Source: Tubiluchus corallicola (Eukaryota; Animalia; Priapulida). From it: a stretch of DNA of 64,000 nt. Each line of letters begins with the position of its first letter. Position 1 is the stretch's first letter. This document shows positions 9,191 to 44,458 of this stretch, piece after piece. The stretch covers positions 923,214 through 987,213 of the forward strand of contig JAQGDQ010000033.1 of the NCBI GenBank assembly GCA_030141605.1, written 5' to 3'. The position numbers and the translations under genes were made by a program. The notes under the pieces are model-generated. The model worked only from the letters and a program-made list of their open reading frames with translations. It was not told the DNA's origin and searched no databases.

Positions 9191-11867
9191 TGTTCATCCG
9201 CGTGCTCACACACATGCATTCTTTATGAAATTTCTTACTGAAAATAATTGTAAAATTGAACAAAACAAAAGATAGATTGTATAGGGAACTTGCATGAAAT
9301 TAGTCAATGATCAAAAAATCAATACACGCCCAGTTACAGTGTGTATGATGCTCCTTATATAAAGTACATTATGCAGAGGACGTCACTGTGGCACATCAAT
9401 TCTTCGATTTAATCATTTACTGCAAATCACGATTATGGCAAGATGCCATTGCGATACTGGATAATGAGTTCTACAATTTCTACCACACATCAATGCAATG
9501 AATTAAGCTTAAAATGAACATTAAGAAGCATAATTATGGCAGCTTAATAGACTCACTTTGGGACCGATGTGTTTTGACCTAATTAACCGACTTAACCTAT
9601 TAACAGATGGGTGTAGCATTACAGGCATAGAAGTATGAGTCATCAACTTACTATGCACTGCAAAAGTTTTTAATGAATTTTAGAAACGAAGTAATCCCTA
9701 AATTCCTTTGTGCAGTTAAAAATTAGAAAAAATATTTTAAAATATTAATTTATATAAGTGAATTAGCAATAAATTAAAAAGAATACTTTTCTAAATCACA
9801 GGCGTTTCCTAAGTCTGTTTATTTGCAAAAAATACAAAAATTCCTTCAAAGTCAGCTGCTTCATTTTCTCATGAAGAAGTTAGCCCACAAAGCTCTCATA
9901 ATTATAGAAACATTGAAAATCTGTTGTTGTGCGTGACTAAAACAGTTCTGAATCGTCTGCTCACTTACATTGCTCTTATTTGCTGTACGATGTTTAATCT
10001 TGTAAGTCACAAGGAATACCAGCTGATTACTGTACCTGCATTTATCTTTAACTGTTAAATGATTAAGCCTGAAGTCTAAAGACAAATTATAACATAAATC
10101 AAATTTAATGGGAATTAAAATAATTAATATAAAATAAATTTACTGATTTCTTTTCATAGTTCATCATCTCTTCTTTTTCTTTCATCACATCTTATCATTT
10201 ATAATTTTCCATCCTCTTCATTTTGTTTCCTTACCACTAAATATCATCACTTGTAACATTACATTTTCACTTCCTTTTATGTTTTTTTAAAGTAAGTTAT
10301 TATTTGTAGCATTACAGCTTCACTTTCTGTTATGTTTTTTAACTGTAAATATTAATTATTAATTTATTACACTTTCACTTAACATGTTAATCGGACACCC
10401 CAAGACCTGTAGACTAATTGTGAAAATAACTAAGAAATACTATGATCATAAAAATAAATACTATATTAAAAGTTTTCCAAAGCTGGTCAAAAAAGACCCC
10501 ATCAAAATCAAGACATAAATTTAAAAAAGTGTTACGCTAATACGCAATAAATACCTCAACTCCTTCTCTGCGAGTGTTTGAATTCGTTTTGGCAGGAATT
10601 AACGGTTCCCACCTATATGCGCCAAAGGAAACTAACCTGCTGACACAAATCAAGAAGACACTCTACACGCAAATATAAAGCCTAAACATGAACAAGTTCC
10701 AAAAATTACACAGTTTTCAAGTTGTAACATGCTGCTTTCACGTGCCTCCACCTATTGTCGGGTTCCAATACCACCCGCAATAATAAATTGCAATTGCTAA
10801 ACACAAAAATTAATGAAAAAATTAATGATCGATTGAATGAATTCTGAACAAAATGTTTGTAAAACAAGCAAAACAGGGCATAAATGAACAAGTAAATAAA
10901 TATAAATAAACTAACGTCAATTTACTTTTTTCCAAATGGTACAAGTAAAAAAAATAAATAATACTGTATTAACGAACAAAATATAATGATTGGAGAAAAG
11001 AGTCATGATTAAGTGAATGAATGAACAAGTAAACGAACATACTGAATAAACTGGCACAAAACAAAATAGAGCTATTTTAAATCTGTATGCTCATGCAGGT
11101 ATTATAATGTTTTCCGCTCTGAAGAGTAAGCAGCATAAAACAGCGGTAGTTTATTTGATCGAAGGCATTCTTGAGAGCATGTCTGGGCTGACAAAGGATT
11201 TGCATTCACGTTTCCTCACACAGTGACTGAGGTTGTAACCATTACAAAAATGATTGATCGCGATATTCAACAGAAACAGTTGTTGTTATCTAGGTGTATT
11301 TAAAATTTCAGTTTTAGCTAATTCAGTATCGTGGAGGGGCAAATAGCATTTATGCTAATACCCCCATCTCTGGATTATGGATTCTGATATTTCATGCCTA
11401 TATTTGTATCGAACCTCATAAGGTAGACAGACATTTGTAACATATTTATACCATATTTATTCAAAGTTCTTAGGTTATGATAACAATATAGCTGCATACT
11501 GATAATACTATAGCGGAAAATAATATACAATGCAAAGCCCTGTATTTTAATTATGTATGTGTTAGTGTGTGTGCATGTGTGCGATTACAATCCAGAACTA
11601 TTGCAATTTAGGACCCTGAGTAACATGAGTTAACATGATACATACAATTTGTATGTATATATCATTATAGGCGTACAGACAGTAATGGCTTTTGAACCAC
11701 ATTTATGGCTTTTTATTCAAAGTTCTTGTGATAAGGATCAGGCTATGTACAGATAATCATATACAATGTACGGCTTACACTAGAGTGATAGTGATTTAAG
11801 TAAAGGGCTTTATAAAACCAGATTACTTTGTACCAATCTGGAGAAGTTAATTGACAAGATTAGTACA

Positions 11868-14800
11868 ATGGATATGATGTCACCAGTGGAAGAAGATACC
11901 CGTTTTGCAGGCCACGCAAAAGCCATTGATTTTAGTAACAAACCAGATAACGGTGAAGACAGTGATGGTGATGAGGACAATGACAGTCAGCAACTTATTT
12001 CAATGCAAGGACGTGGTCTTACCGTCACAACTGCTTCACTGTTTATAGTAGGTGAAATAGCAGGAACTGGGGTACTTGCATTGCCTCATGCAGTGAAAGA
12101 CACGGGTATGCGTGCAAACAGTTACTATAGTTATGGCTTCAGTTCCATTAATCCTATGTAAAAGCCCGTGAAAATATTTTCAAAGGAAAATTAAACATTG
12201 GTGGTTTATTCAGTGTATCCACTGAGTTTTATTATAACTATTATTTAACCGACCGGTTTTGTACGTTTAGTACAATTAGTGCGATAAAGGGCGCCATATC
12301 TGTCGCAGTCGCTGTGCGTACTAATTACATCTGCCGCAGTTAGTGCAACATTGTCGTAGATAACGGTCGTTACCGCATGCGGATGTCCGCATTTTATGAA
12401 AATACCTTAATAGGACTATTTGCATATTTATTACCTGCAGTTGCGGTTGGAAATGGATTTGAAGAAGCTAAGAAAAGAATCGTATAATCAAAACAGATAC
12501 TGTTATTCGCTTGATCCATGTTCTTTTTTTTCGAGTCATCAGGAACACATTAAATTTTGCAAAAAAGCGGATTAAATTCAGGCGTCTTCAAGACTCCGAT
12601 TTAATGTTCAAATAACCAACGTACCAAAAATACCTAGTGTCCAAATTATCTTGTGTTCAAGTATGTATCGATCCAAATGTCCTGTGTCCAAACACCTATA
12701 GTGTTTGAATGGCGTATGCGTCCAAATAACCTGTACAGATTAGCTTAATTGTCTTCAAATGACTCGTGAGTCCAAATAAAATACATGAATCAAAATGTAT
12801 GTGTTGAAATAGCCTATCTTAAGGGTACCCCCGTAACCTTGGGCGGGGTAGCCACGCAAAATGTTACGAAGTAAAATCGTGTGGTCTAGTGTATGGTCTA
12901 CTTCAGTACGGTTAATTTACCCTTCACATAATACATGTACTACCTTGACCACATGATCTTATTTCGTAACGGTTTGCGAGCTTTGTTAGCATTAATTATC
13001 TAAATTCCATTGACTTTGGTTTAAGGGTGGATTGGAGTTTTGTTTATGTTGGTGACGGCAATAACTGCTGGCTATACCGGTGTACTGTTGGCAAACAGCT
13101 GGTCAATTTTACAAGAGCGATGGCCAGCATATCGGTCCCACGTACGCGATCCGTATCCAGCCATAGCGTATAGGGCGTTCGGAAAATGGGGCAGGTAATT
13201 AGAAAAAGAAAGAGGTGGGAGAGAGAGTGAGAGAAGAAAGTTAACATTTTATGTTTACGCTCTATATAGTATGTAAAACTGACACATATATTGTGTTACA
13301 AGTATAACATATGTTGTACAAATTGCTACAATAATAGAGTTCTCTATTAAAGCAGCTGACAACATTACTTAATATTACAAAATATGCGTAATTCTGCAAA
13401 TACTATTATTATTTCACTATTGAAGTTTGTTAAAACGTGCCTAATGGACTTTATAAACTACAAAACTTAATAGTGATTAACTTATCATCATAAATGTTTG
13501 CATAACACATGTAATATACATTTTGATATTTAACAGGGTGTTAGTTTCTGTGTGCAACCACCTTACATTGTTTGGAGCTGGAGTTGTGTTCACTCTTCTC
13601 GCTTCACAAAATATTCAGTCCCTCCTGTCTAACTTAAATATCAACATTTCTTTTTGTTACTGGTTGATGATCATCTGTGCAGCTCTAACACCACTGTCTT
13701 GGCTGGGAACGCCAAAAGATTTCTGGTATCTCATCGTTAATGCTTTATAATGTAATTAATCACCGATTCAAAAAAATAAGTTACCTGAAATATTAACAAT
13801 AGCATTATTTATCCACACTAAATTTGTAGCTCGCTTTTTAATTAGGGTTAAATTAGGAGCTTGAGCAGTTACAAAATTAATTAAACACGTACTTAGGGAG
13901 TAATCGCTTTTGATATTGGTAAATTACATAAGTGATTAGTTATACATGCAAATGGACAGAAGCCCATTGGGATATTAGCAATCCAAATCAACCAGTACAA
14001 TGCAGTGACTGCTTGACTTCACACATGGAGCAAATCAGTATGCATTGCTTGCTTAGTTCATGTATTTTGGTTAGCGTTAATCACCGATTTATGTGAAGGT
14101 TATTAGCCGGAGGTGCCATGTTGTCTACAGGCATTGCATGTGTTATGATCTGCATCAGAATCATTGTGGAACTACCAAAATCTGATGTTATTCACCCAGA
14201 ACCTTCATTCCACTCATTTTTTATGTGTAAGTAAATGATTAATAATTATTTAATGTAAAACGTGTGTATGAAAGAATTTTTTCAGTATGTAAATGCACTT
14301 TGATTTTCTCGCAATAGGGAGCCAACTGTTTAAGTTGCAGAAATGGAATCACTTTTTGCAATCAAACATATTTTCTCTTCCCACTGCAGTCACAGTTATT
14401 TTACTATAAATTTGTGAATGAAAACAACCATAACAAATTTTATACGTTATTTAATATCAAATTTTCTTTTTGGTAGTATGTCCACTACTCATGTGTATAT
14501 TTTATAAAATGCTGATTTGAAAAAAATTAAACCTTAATTATTTATTGTCTACAATGGCTTAGTTGAATTGGGACAAGGGAATACTTAAGTAGTCATGATG
14601 TGAGTTTAGCTAATGAAGTTCAACAATGCCAGGCCTTGTCTGTAAATGGAAGAGTGACCACTGGGGAAACTGCTTCTTGAACGGCTGATGATTTTCAAAA
14701 ACATCTGTATCAAATGAGTAATGTCACTGGGAGCTGAAATAGTTCTTGTTTACAGAATGCCAAACTGCATAAAATTTGTCATTTGAAAGCAAAACCACTG

Positions 14801-15885
14801 TAGATATTTCAATTTCAGCTTTAGGTGTGTTCACATGGGCATTCAGTGGACACCCAATCTTTCCTACCTTGCAAAATGATATGCACAATCCACATAAGTT
14901 CAAGAAGTCAATAGTCATTGCATTCACAGGTAACTATAAACACATTTTATTAATTTTGAAGTTAAGGTAAAATGCAATGAGAACCAACTAAGTTTACTAA
15001 TATCATCAGTAATCTGTAACGTATTATCACTTAGGATCACTACATTGTTTTTTGCTTTCACAGGAATTTTGTGCATGTATTTGCCAGTTTCAATACTTGG
15101 ATTTATTGCTTTTGGGGGAGAAGTTACGGATAATGTTCTACTTGACCTTCCTGCTGGGCCTGTGCAGTACATCATTCAAATTCTGATAATCTTGCACCTC
15201 CTGTGTGCATTTGTGATTGTTCTTAATCCATTGTGCCAAGAACTAGAGGAGCGATTAAAAGTGCCAAAACGTAAATAGCATTTGATTCACATTAGTTACA
15301 ATACTACAGTACTGCATAGAAATTTTAGTTTAACTGTAATTCATGGTGGCTGTTTTACAAAATTTTATGCCATCTCAAGTCAGCTGAAATACATAAAAGT
15401 TTATACATTCTTTTCGCACACAGATTTCACATTTTATCGTATACTGATACGGAGTCTAATGATGGTGGTAGTGCTCTTCATGGGTGAAACAGTGCCACAT
15501 TTTGGGCTTGTTCTATCACTATTTGGCAGCTCTACCCTCACATTACTCACATTCATTTTACCATGTTTGTTCTACGAGCGACTGTGTTTAATGAGAAATC
15601 AAAAATGGAGAGTCAAGTAAGTTTCAAATTAAGTTAGTTTTTATAATAATATGGTTAATGTCATATTTTTATTGCAACTGTTTAATCAGACGAGGTATCG
15701 GTTTTATTTGTTATTACTATTACACTTTTACTTTTAGGGAAGTAAAACTACATTATAGAGTGATACACATTGAAATTGTATGCCTTGGAATAGCTGCAAT
15801 GGGTGTTGGTACATATGCAACTATTTACAACATGACTGGATTTACCGTTCCTTGTTATATCAACATCACAGCTGCCAATGGATAG
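11868..15885 (+). CDS. Aa_trans (PF01490) family amino-acid transporter, AVT1/SLC32-36-38-like, 8 exons, about 460 aa
   Basis: Exons 11868-12105, 13026-13194, 13537-13725, 14099-14226, 14819-14929, 15064-15270, 15424-15616 and 15738-15885 are all GT-AG and sum to 1383 nt in frame. Motifs: FIVGEIAGTGVLALP, AGYTGVLL, DPYPAIAYRAFG, WLGTPKDFW, FSGHPIFPTLQNDM, ETVPHFGLVLSLFGS, TFILPCLFY. AATAAA at 15904. Confidence 0.93.
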
Positions 15886-16262
15886 TAATGTTTCACAACA
15901 AGAAATAAATAATCAATCCAACTAATGTCTACACTGTTATTAAGTTAGATTTCTGTAGGAGAGGTCTTATGTTATAAGGTGAGGTTGTCTAATAAAAAGT
16001 TAATAACTTCGTTTTTTGATAAAAAATTGTTTTGCTGTTTCAATATTAATTTTTTGATTAGAATCTTGTAATGTTCATGAAATAGCAATTATTACTTTCA
16101 GTGTCCGAGTTCACTTCTGCCACTTGTACTTCAAGCAATTCTTGAAAACATGGCTATTTATTTAGTGTTGTATGCCTTCATTTTATTTAAAAACAGATGC
16201 ATTAGCAGCAGAACACAAAATTTTCTTCAAAATAATGTATTAACAATGCCTACATACAGCAA

Positions 16263-19200
16263 TTAATACAGGCGCTGGGGCGGGCCCATCGTGCTCTTGA
16301 TGTAAAGAGAACGAATATTTTGCCAATTTTTCTTCAACAATGATACCAGGAAGTTGATAGCAAGACTAATATTGGCAACCAATTCATCCTGCGTCATTTG
16401 GACATGTCCAACTGCTACAGCAAGACAGAGTACCTGCAAAGAAACAATGCTGTTGAGAACTCAAAATAAAACAAGTGTACAGAACTACAGACATAGATAC
16501 TAAGTAATTTGATTGACACACATACAGGCGGTCGTCGACTTATGAGCACAATCCATTCGGGTGGAATGTTTGTAAGATAAATTGGACACAAACTGGACCA
16601 GTATATTAAAGAGGCATGCCCTTACACACAAGAAGTGTGTTTATGCGCAATAAGTAAGGTGGCATCTATCTAAACAGATAGCGATTTAACGTTAATTTGT
16701 TAAAAAAAAAGAACAAAATATGAGATATACCTGGTTCTGTATAGTTAATTAATTAAGTTGTGGTCAGGTCGTGAAGCCGTACAGTCGTAGTCAAAGACCA
16801 CTTACTGCTTAAAACATAAGAGTATCCTTTAAGTAAATGCAAAATAGTTATACTTATCATTATATATAGTTATACATTATAGTTAATGCTATCTTTTGCA
16901 AAAAGCTAACAATTATTTGGTAGGTTATTTAGGTAAAGCAAAGACAAAGTATCAAAAGTAAAACCCCACTTTAATTCAAGTTAAGAAAATATTATTTTGT
17001 GGAACTCCAGAATATAACTGCACAGACTACTAAATATGAGATATACCTGGTTCTGTATAGTTAATTAATTAAGTTGTGGTCAGGTCGTGAAGCCGTACAG
17101 TCGTAGTCAAAGACCACTTACTGCTTAAAACATAAGAGTATCCTTTAAGTAAATGCAAAATAGTTATACTTATCATTATATATAGTTATACATTATAGTT
17201 AATGCTATCTTTTGCAAAAAGCTAACAATTATTTGGTAGGTTATTTAGGTAAAGCAAAGACAAAGTATCAAAAGTAAAACCCCACTTTAATTCAAGTTAA
17301 GAAAATATTATTTTGTGGAACTCCAGAATATAACTGCACAGACTACTAAATGCCTTTCCATATTGCACATGTAATGGGCCTGCAATTATCCGCGAATTCA
17401 CAGAAATGGGCAACTAAAACGGAAATTAGCTACAGAAAACGGAATTGGCCCGATATTCGATTTTCTGCAAATTTAGTGCATACTAGAGATGGAATCTTCT
17501 TCACTTGTTACTTCCTGGCAAAACTAAGGAGTTTTTCCAGCCTTTCGCGACCTTAATAGAAGTTGTTCTCTGAGTTTTATTTTTTACGCAACTTGCGTTC
17601 CTACTTTCAGTTTATTTGTGCATTTGCCATGAGGAATATGGGAAGCTATTTAGCGCAAGCTTGTAGCGAATAGCAGTACGTTTGTGGAAAGGTTTCCCCC
17701 TGCACACAAACATGATCTGACGATGCGTGCGACAGCTAGACAGGGAATTTCCCGATGATTTGTAACTGTAACTTTTGTGTGCGAATTAAATGTTGGCATT
17801 CTTATTTTATCTTAGCCAAATACAAATACCTGATAGACTACACACTTAATTTACATAAAAATTTATTTTTTTAATTACAATCTATCGCACATAATATGAT
17901 GACAAATATTATTTACATGGCCATGTAGCTTCTAATTTCTGTGAGGTGGAAATGAAACGGAATTGACGATTTTTTGAAATGGAAAATCGGAGGCCCTACA
18001 CACTGCCTAGTTCAGATAAGTAAATCCTTGTATCTGCCACTAAACAGTAAATTAATATAGTTTTTACATATATACAGTTGTAATAAAGAACTATCACATA
18101 CACCAATGCCAAGAACTGTGATTTTAAAAAATGACAGTTGTATGTAAGTTAGGCAAAAATTGTACTCACTTTTTTCATTTGGAATTTTATAGTAGCCTTG
18201 ACATCATCTACCTTGCCAATGATCGACTCACTGTGTGTCAGCAATGTTGGAAACTTGCCAGCCTTATTAAGTCCAGGACCCAGAATTCTTGGAATCTGTT
18301 TAATCAGCGAATCAGATGCAAGAAAAGCATCATACTTCTTTGCTAAAAAGGACAGCATTTTCAAATGAAAGAACTGAGAATAATTTCATTAATAATTCAA
18401 TATGTTACACGTATATATTAACTCAGTCTGAGAACATTTAGTATAAGCCTGTACAATTCTTTAAGCCAGTTCTCAGAAATATATCATCAACACGTTTTAT
18501 TCAGGCAATACATGCAATAACATAAACATCACAGAACTGGCAATACGCAATGAAAATACAGCTGGCACAAGCTCGAACATATAAAAATGGCTGTATTTGC
18601 ACAAAAAAGTTTGAAATATGTCTGAGTTATGTAGTGTACTAACCCAGCTTTTTAACAAGCTTTTTATTCTTATTTAATTTTTTCAATGCTTCAGCATCCA
18701 TACAAGGAACATTGTTGGCTGATGCTTCATCACAATGCTGCTGGTCACCAAGCACACACACTCGAAGCTTAGGCTTAGGGATGTGCTTCATCCTAAAATA
18801 TAATGTCAAATTGCCGCCAAATCAGTAGACTGATTAAAAAATAAATGTGCGCATATATTATGTAATAGTTGAAAATAACAAAAAAAGTATTTATTTATTT
18901 GTAAGTTGAGCAGTTTGGGTATGCACTTCTATCCAAAAGGCAATCCGTTAAAAAGTTTTGCTATGTTTTCTTATGCAGCAATTACATCACAGAATTTGCA
19001 AACATAGCAGCAAAATGTTCTCCATGAAATGCCTACAAGTAGTGATGGGTGATTAACAGATTAATCAATTAATCACAATTACAACAAAGTATAAATCGAT
19101 TTATTCGACTATTGAACAGTAAATCAATTAATGGAGATCAATACAGAGCAAAATACACGTGTTACACACTGATTAAAAGCCAGTATTTAAACATAAATAA

Positions 19201-20789
19201 CCAAACCATTGTATTTTTTTGTTTTTCTCGCCTTACACAAAGCACACAATTCTGAACCGCAGCGTTGCAAACTGTGGGCTCTAAATTTGTTGAAATGTGA
19301 TGCGTGTAGTTATGTAGTCATAGAGTAGTTAACGAGAAAGTAGGGTTGGTGTCTAAAAAAACAGTTTCCGAGTACGAAAGTGGCAGACAGCGATAAAGCT
19401 GTGAAGAAGTTATAGACTATATTTCATTGCAATCATGATCAATATGAAGGTTGTGTCTAGTAGGTTGTGCCATGGCTAAAATATGGCTAAAACACTAAAA
19501 ATTGTCGCAAAAGGTTACTCGTGACATTGAATTGCAAAAACAAAATTATAATCGAATTATAAAATTTCAGAATCGCCCATCACTATCTACAAGCACTCCT
19601 CGTGGAATAATCTCCTCATTAAAGAGAAAGGCTGTTAGTTTAGCACTTTTATACTTGTGAATACAAACTTGTCACCATACATAGTTTGGTTACCTCAATA
19701 CACGTATCAACAGAATATAACATTCTGTCTCCCCAAATATTAAAGACCCTGGGTGAAGGTCCGTCAAGTTCACATTTTCATGAACTCAACTACCTGAAAG
19801 GCTCCAATGACTAGTTGTGTGACTTCATAATGAACTAAAGCACTCAAGGTAAATTGAATAGATCAACACAAAAGTAAACTAGTACTAGTCATTAGAAATC
19901 AGGTTAAGAAATTACTTGATTGTTCCAGAAAATCGCTTATCCTTTTGAGGATCATAGTTTTTCAGATTAATCTGAAGTTCAACTGTTTCCGTGAATTTCC
20001 GTTTTTTCTTTGTGGATGCTTCAAGCACCGCTGCAACCGACTCGTATAGAGTGTCACGTGGTATTTTACTATAAAAAGAAGCGTTACAAAATTAGCTAAC
20101 TTTTTAATTCTATTTTTAAAATGCCCATAACAGAAAAATAAACAAATATTAGCAAAGTTTAACATAAGGTCACGATTATTTTTTTCAAAGTATGCTTAGA
20201 AAAGGAAAACAGGTAGATGCATACAAAATTATTTTTTACTATCTGTAAAATACATGGTATAGGATAATGGACGGCTCAATGAGAAGAGGGGTAACTATTA
20301 CACAAGCACCTGCCACTGGGGTGTAGTGGCCCACAATAACTTGTAGATTGGAGAAAAGGTAAAATCTGCCAGATCAACAATATTTCAGCGTACTCCTCAA
20401 AAAGTAACTGAAATCCGATTTGAAAGTGCTCACTGCGTTAACTACTGAATACATATAAACAACAACGTTCGGATTATATTCGCACTGTATTCCTATTCGA
20501 ACTTGAAACTGGATCAAAATTCCGGATCTGCCGTATGCGCAAACAGCCAGACGCAGACTGAAATGTGAACACTGGTGGGGTTAGTCTAATTTTATCATAC
20601 AATTTATTGCACCAAACCCTGTTAAGTCAGGACGTAAGAAAATCTTCATTATAATACTACAATAATAGTAAAAATAAAGGCACGAAGCGTGTTTAGGCAC
20701 ATCGAATAACTTTTTTGCTTAGATGGCTATAATAAGAACAGATATTAGATAGATTTACTGATGAAATATAAAAAATACAACCTCGACAT
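16263..20789 (-). CDS. RPL10A: 60S ribosomal protein L10a (uL1), 5 exons, 217 aa
   Basis: Exons 20789-20782, 20068-19916, 18792-18644, 18342-18170 and 16433-16263 total 654 nt. Translation [93 protein letters not shown]. Confidence 0.98.
16716..17351. repeat. Apparently perfect tandem duplication, 316-bp unit, in RPL10A intron 4
   Basis: 16716-17031 is repeated at 17032-17347 (AAATATGAGATATACCTGG...GCACAGACTACT). No differences seen by eye. Confidence 0.92.
17371..17999. mobile_element. Degenerate MITE / non-autonomous DNA transposon (tentative)
   Basis: Imperfect inverted ends GTAATGGGCCTGCAATTATCCGCG and GGAAAATCGGAGGCCCTAC; internal AAAACGGAA repeats. Confidence 0.4.
19040..19585. mobile_element. 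hAT-type MITE in RPL10A intron 2
   Basis: TIRs TAGTGATGGGTGATT / AATCGCCCATCACTA; 8-bp TSD CCTACAAG (19032-19039) vs TCTACAAG (19586-19593). Confidence 0.8.
19688..19851 (-). promoter_or_regulatory. Structured intronic RNA element, candidate L10ARE-like splicing autoregulatory element, with a distal 5' splice site
   Basis: Three consecutive hairpins on the sense strand. Core CAUU-GGAG-CC..GG..UGAA-AAUG at 19809-19773. Alternative donor GAG|GTAACC at 19693. Confidence 0.5.
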
Positions 20790-21225
20790 TCCGATAGTTT
20801 ACTAAAAAGGCATGCGCATGCGTTACAAGGAGTCACCAGGCACCGTTACCTGATATAATTATTATTAAGATCAAGTAATTTATAATTGATTCATAACTAT
20901 ATGTGCCTACCGTTATATCAAAAACAACAAAGTATATAATCATAACAAAGTTTTTGCTGTAAAATTTAAAATATTCAAACAAAAGTTTCTTGAAACTTAA
21001 AAGAATTTTTTGTTACGATTTTTGCGCCATCTTCTGTTCACCCACACATATACAGTCAAAAAGACCGAAGTATAGAGTTCTAAAAATATCTTTAATGTAT
21101 TACGTATCGTGTGGAAAGTTACTTTAATCGTTTTAAAGATTTAAATTTTCACTTGGGTTATTACGCGTTACCACTCTTTGCTGTCTGACTCATTATGCGT
21201 TTTGAGAAGGTAATAAAGGCGTGAG
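20790..21225. promoter_or_regulatory. Bidirectional promoter region RPL10A/USP47
   Basis: Divergent start codons 436 bp apart. Polypyrimidine TCT/5'TOP-like CCTTTTT on the minus strand at 20810-20804. NRF1-like GCATGCGCATGCG at 20810-20822. YY1-like GCGCCATCTT at 21024-21033. Confidence 0.75.

Positions 21226-44458
<23,233 letters not shown>

Noticed and set aside
12640-12810. CRISPR-like spaced repeats (GTGTCCAAAT)
   Set aside because: Short degenerate units with irregular spacing in a eukaryotic intron, typical of MITE subterminal repeats.
19666-19730. U17/snR30-like motifs (ATATTCTG, AAACTAT, ACA box) in RPL10A intron 2
   Set aside because: Both motifs deviate from AUAUUCCUA and AAACCAU, the basal stem required below them cannot form, and no H box is properly placed.
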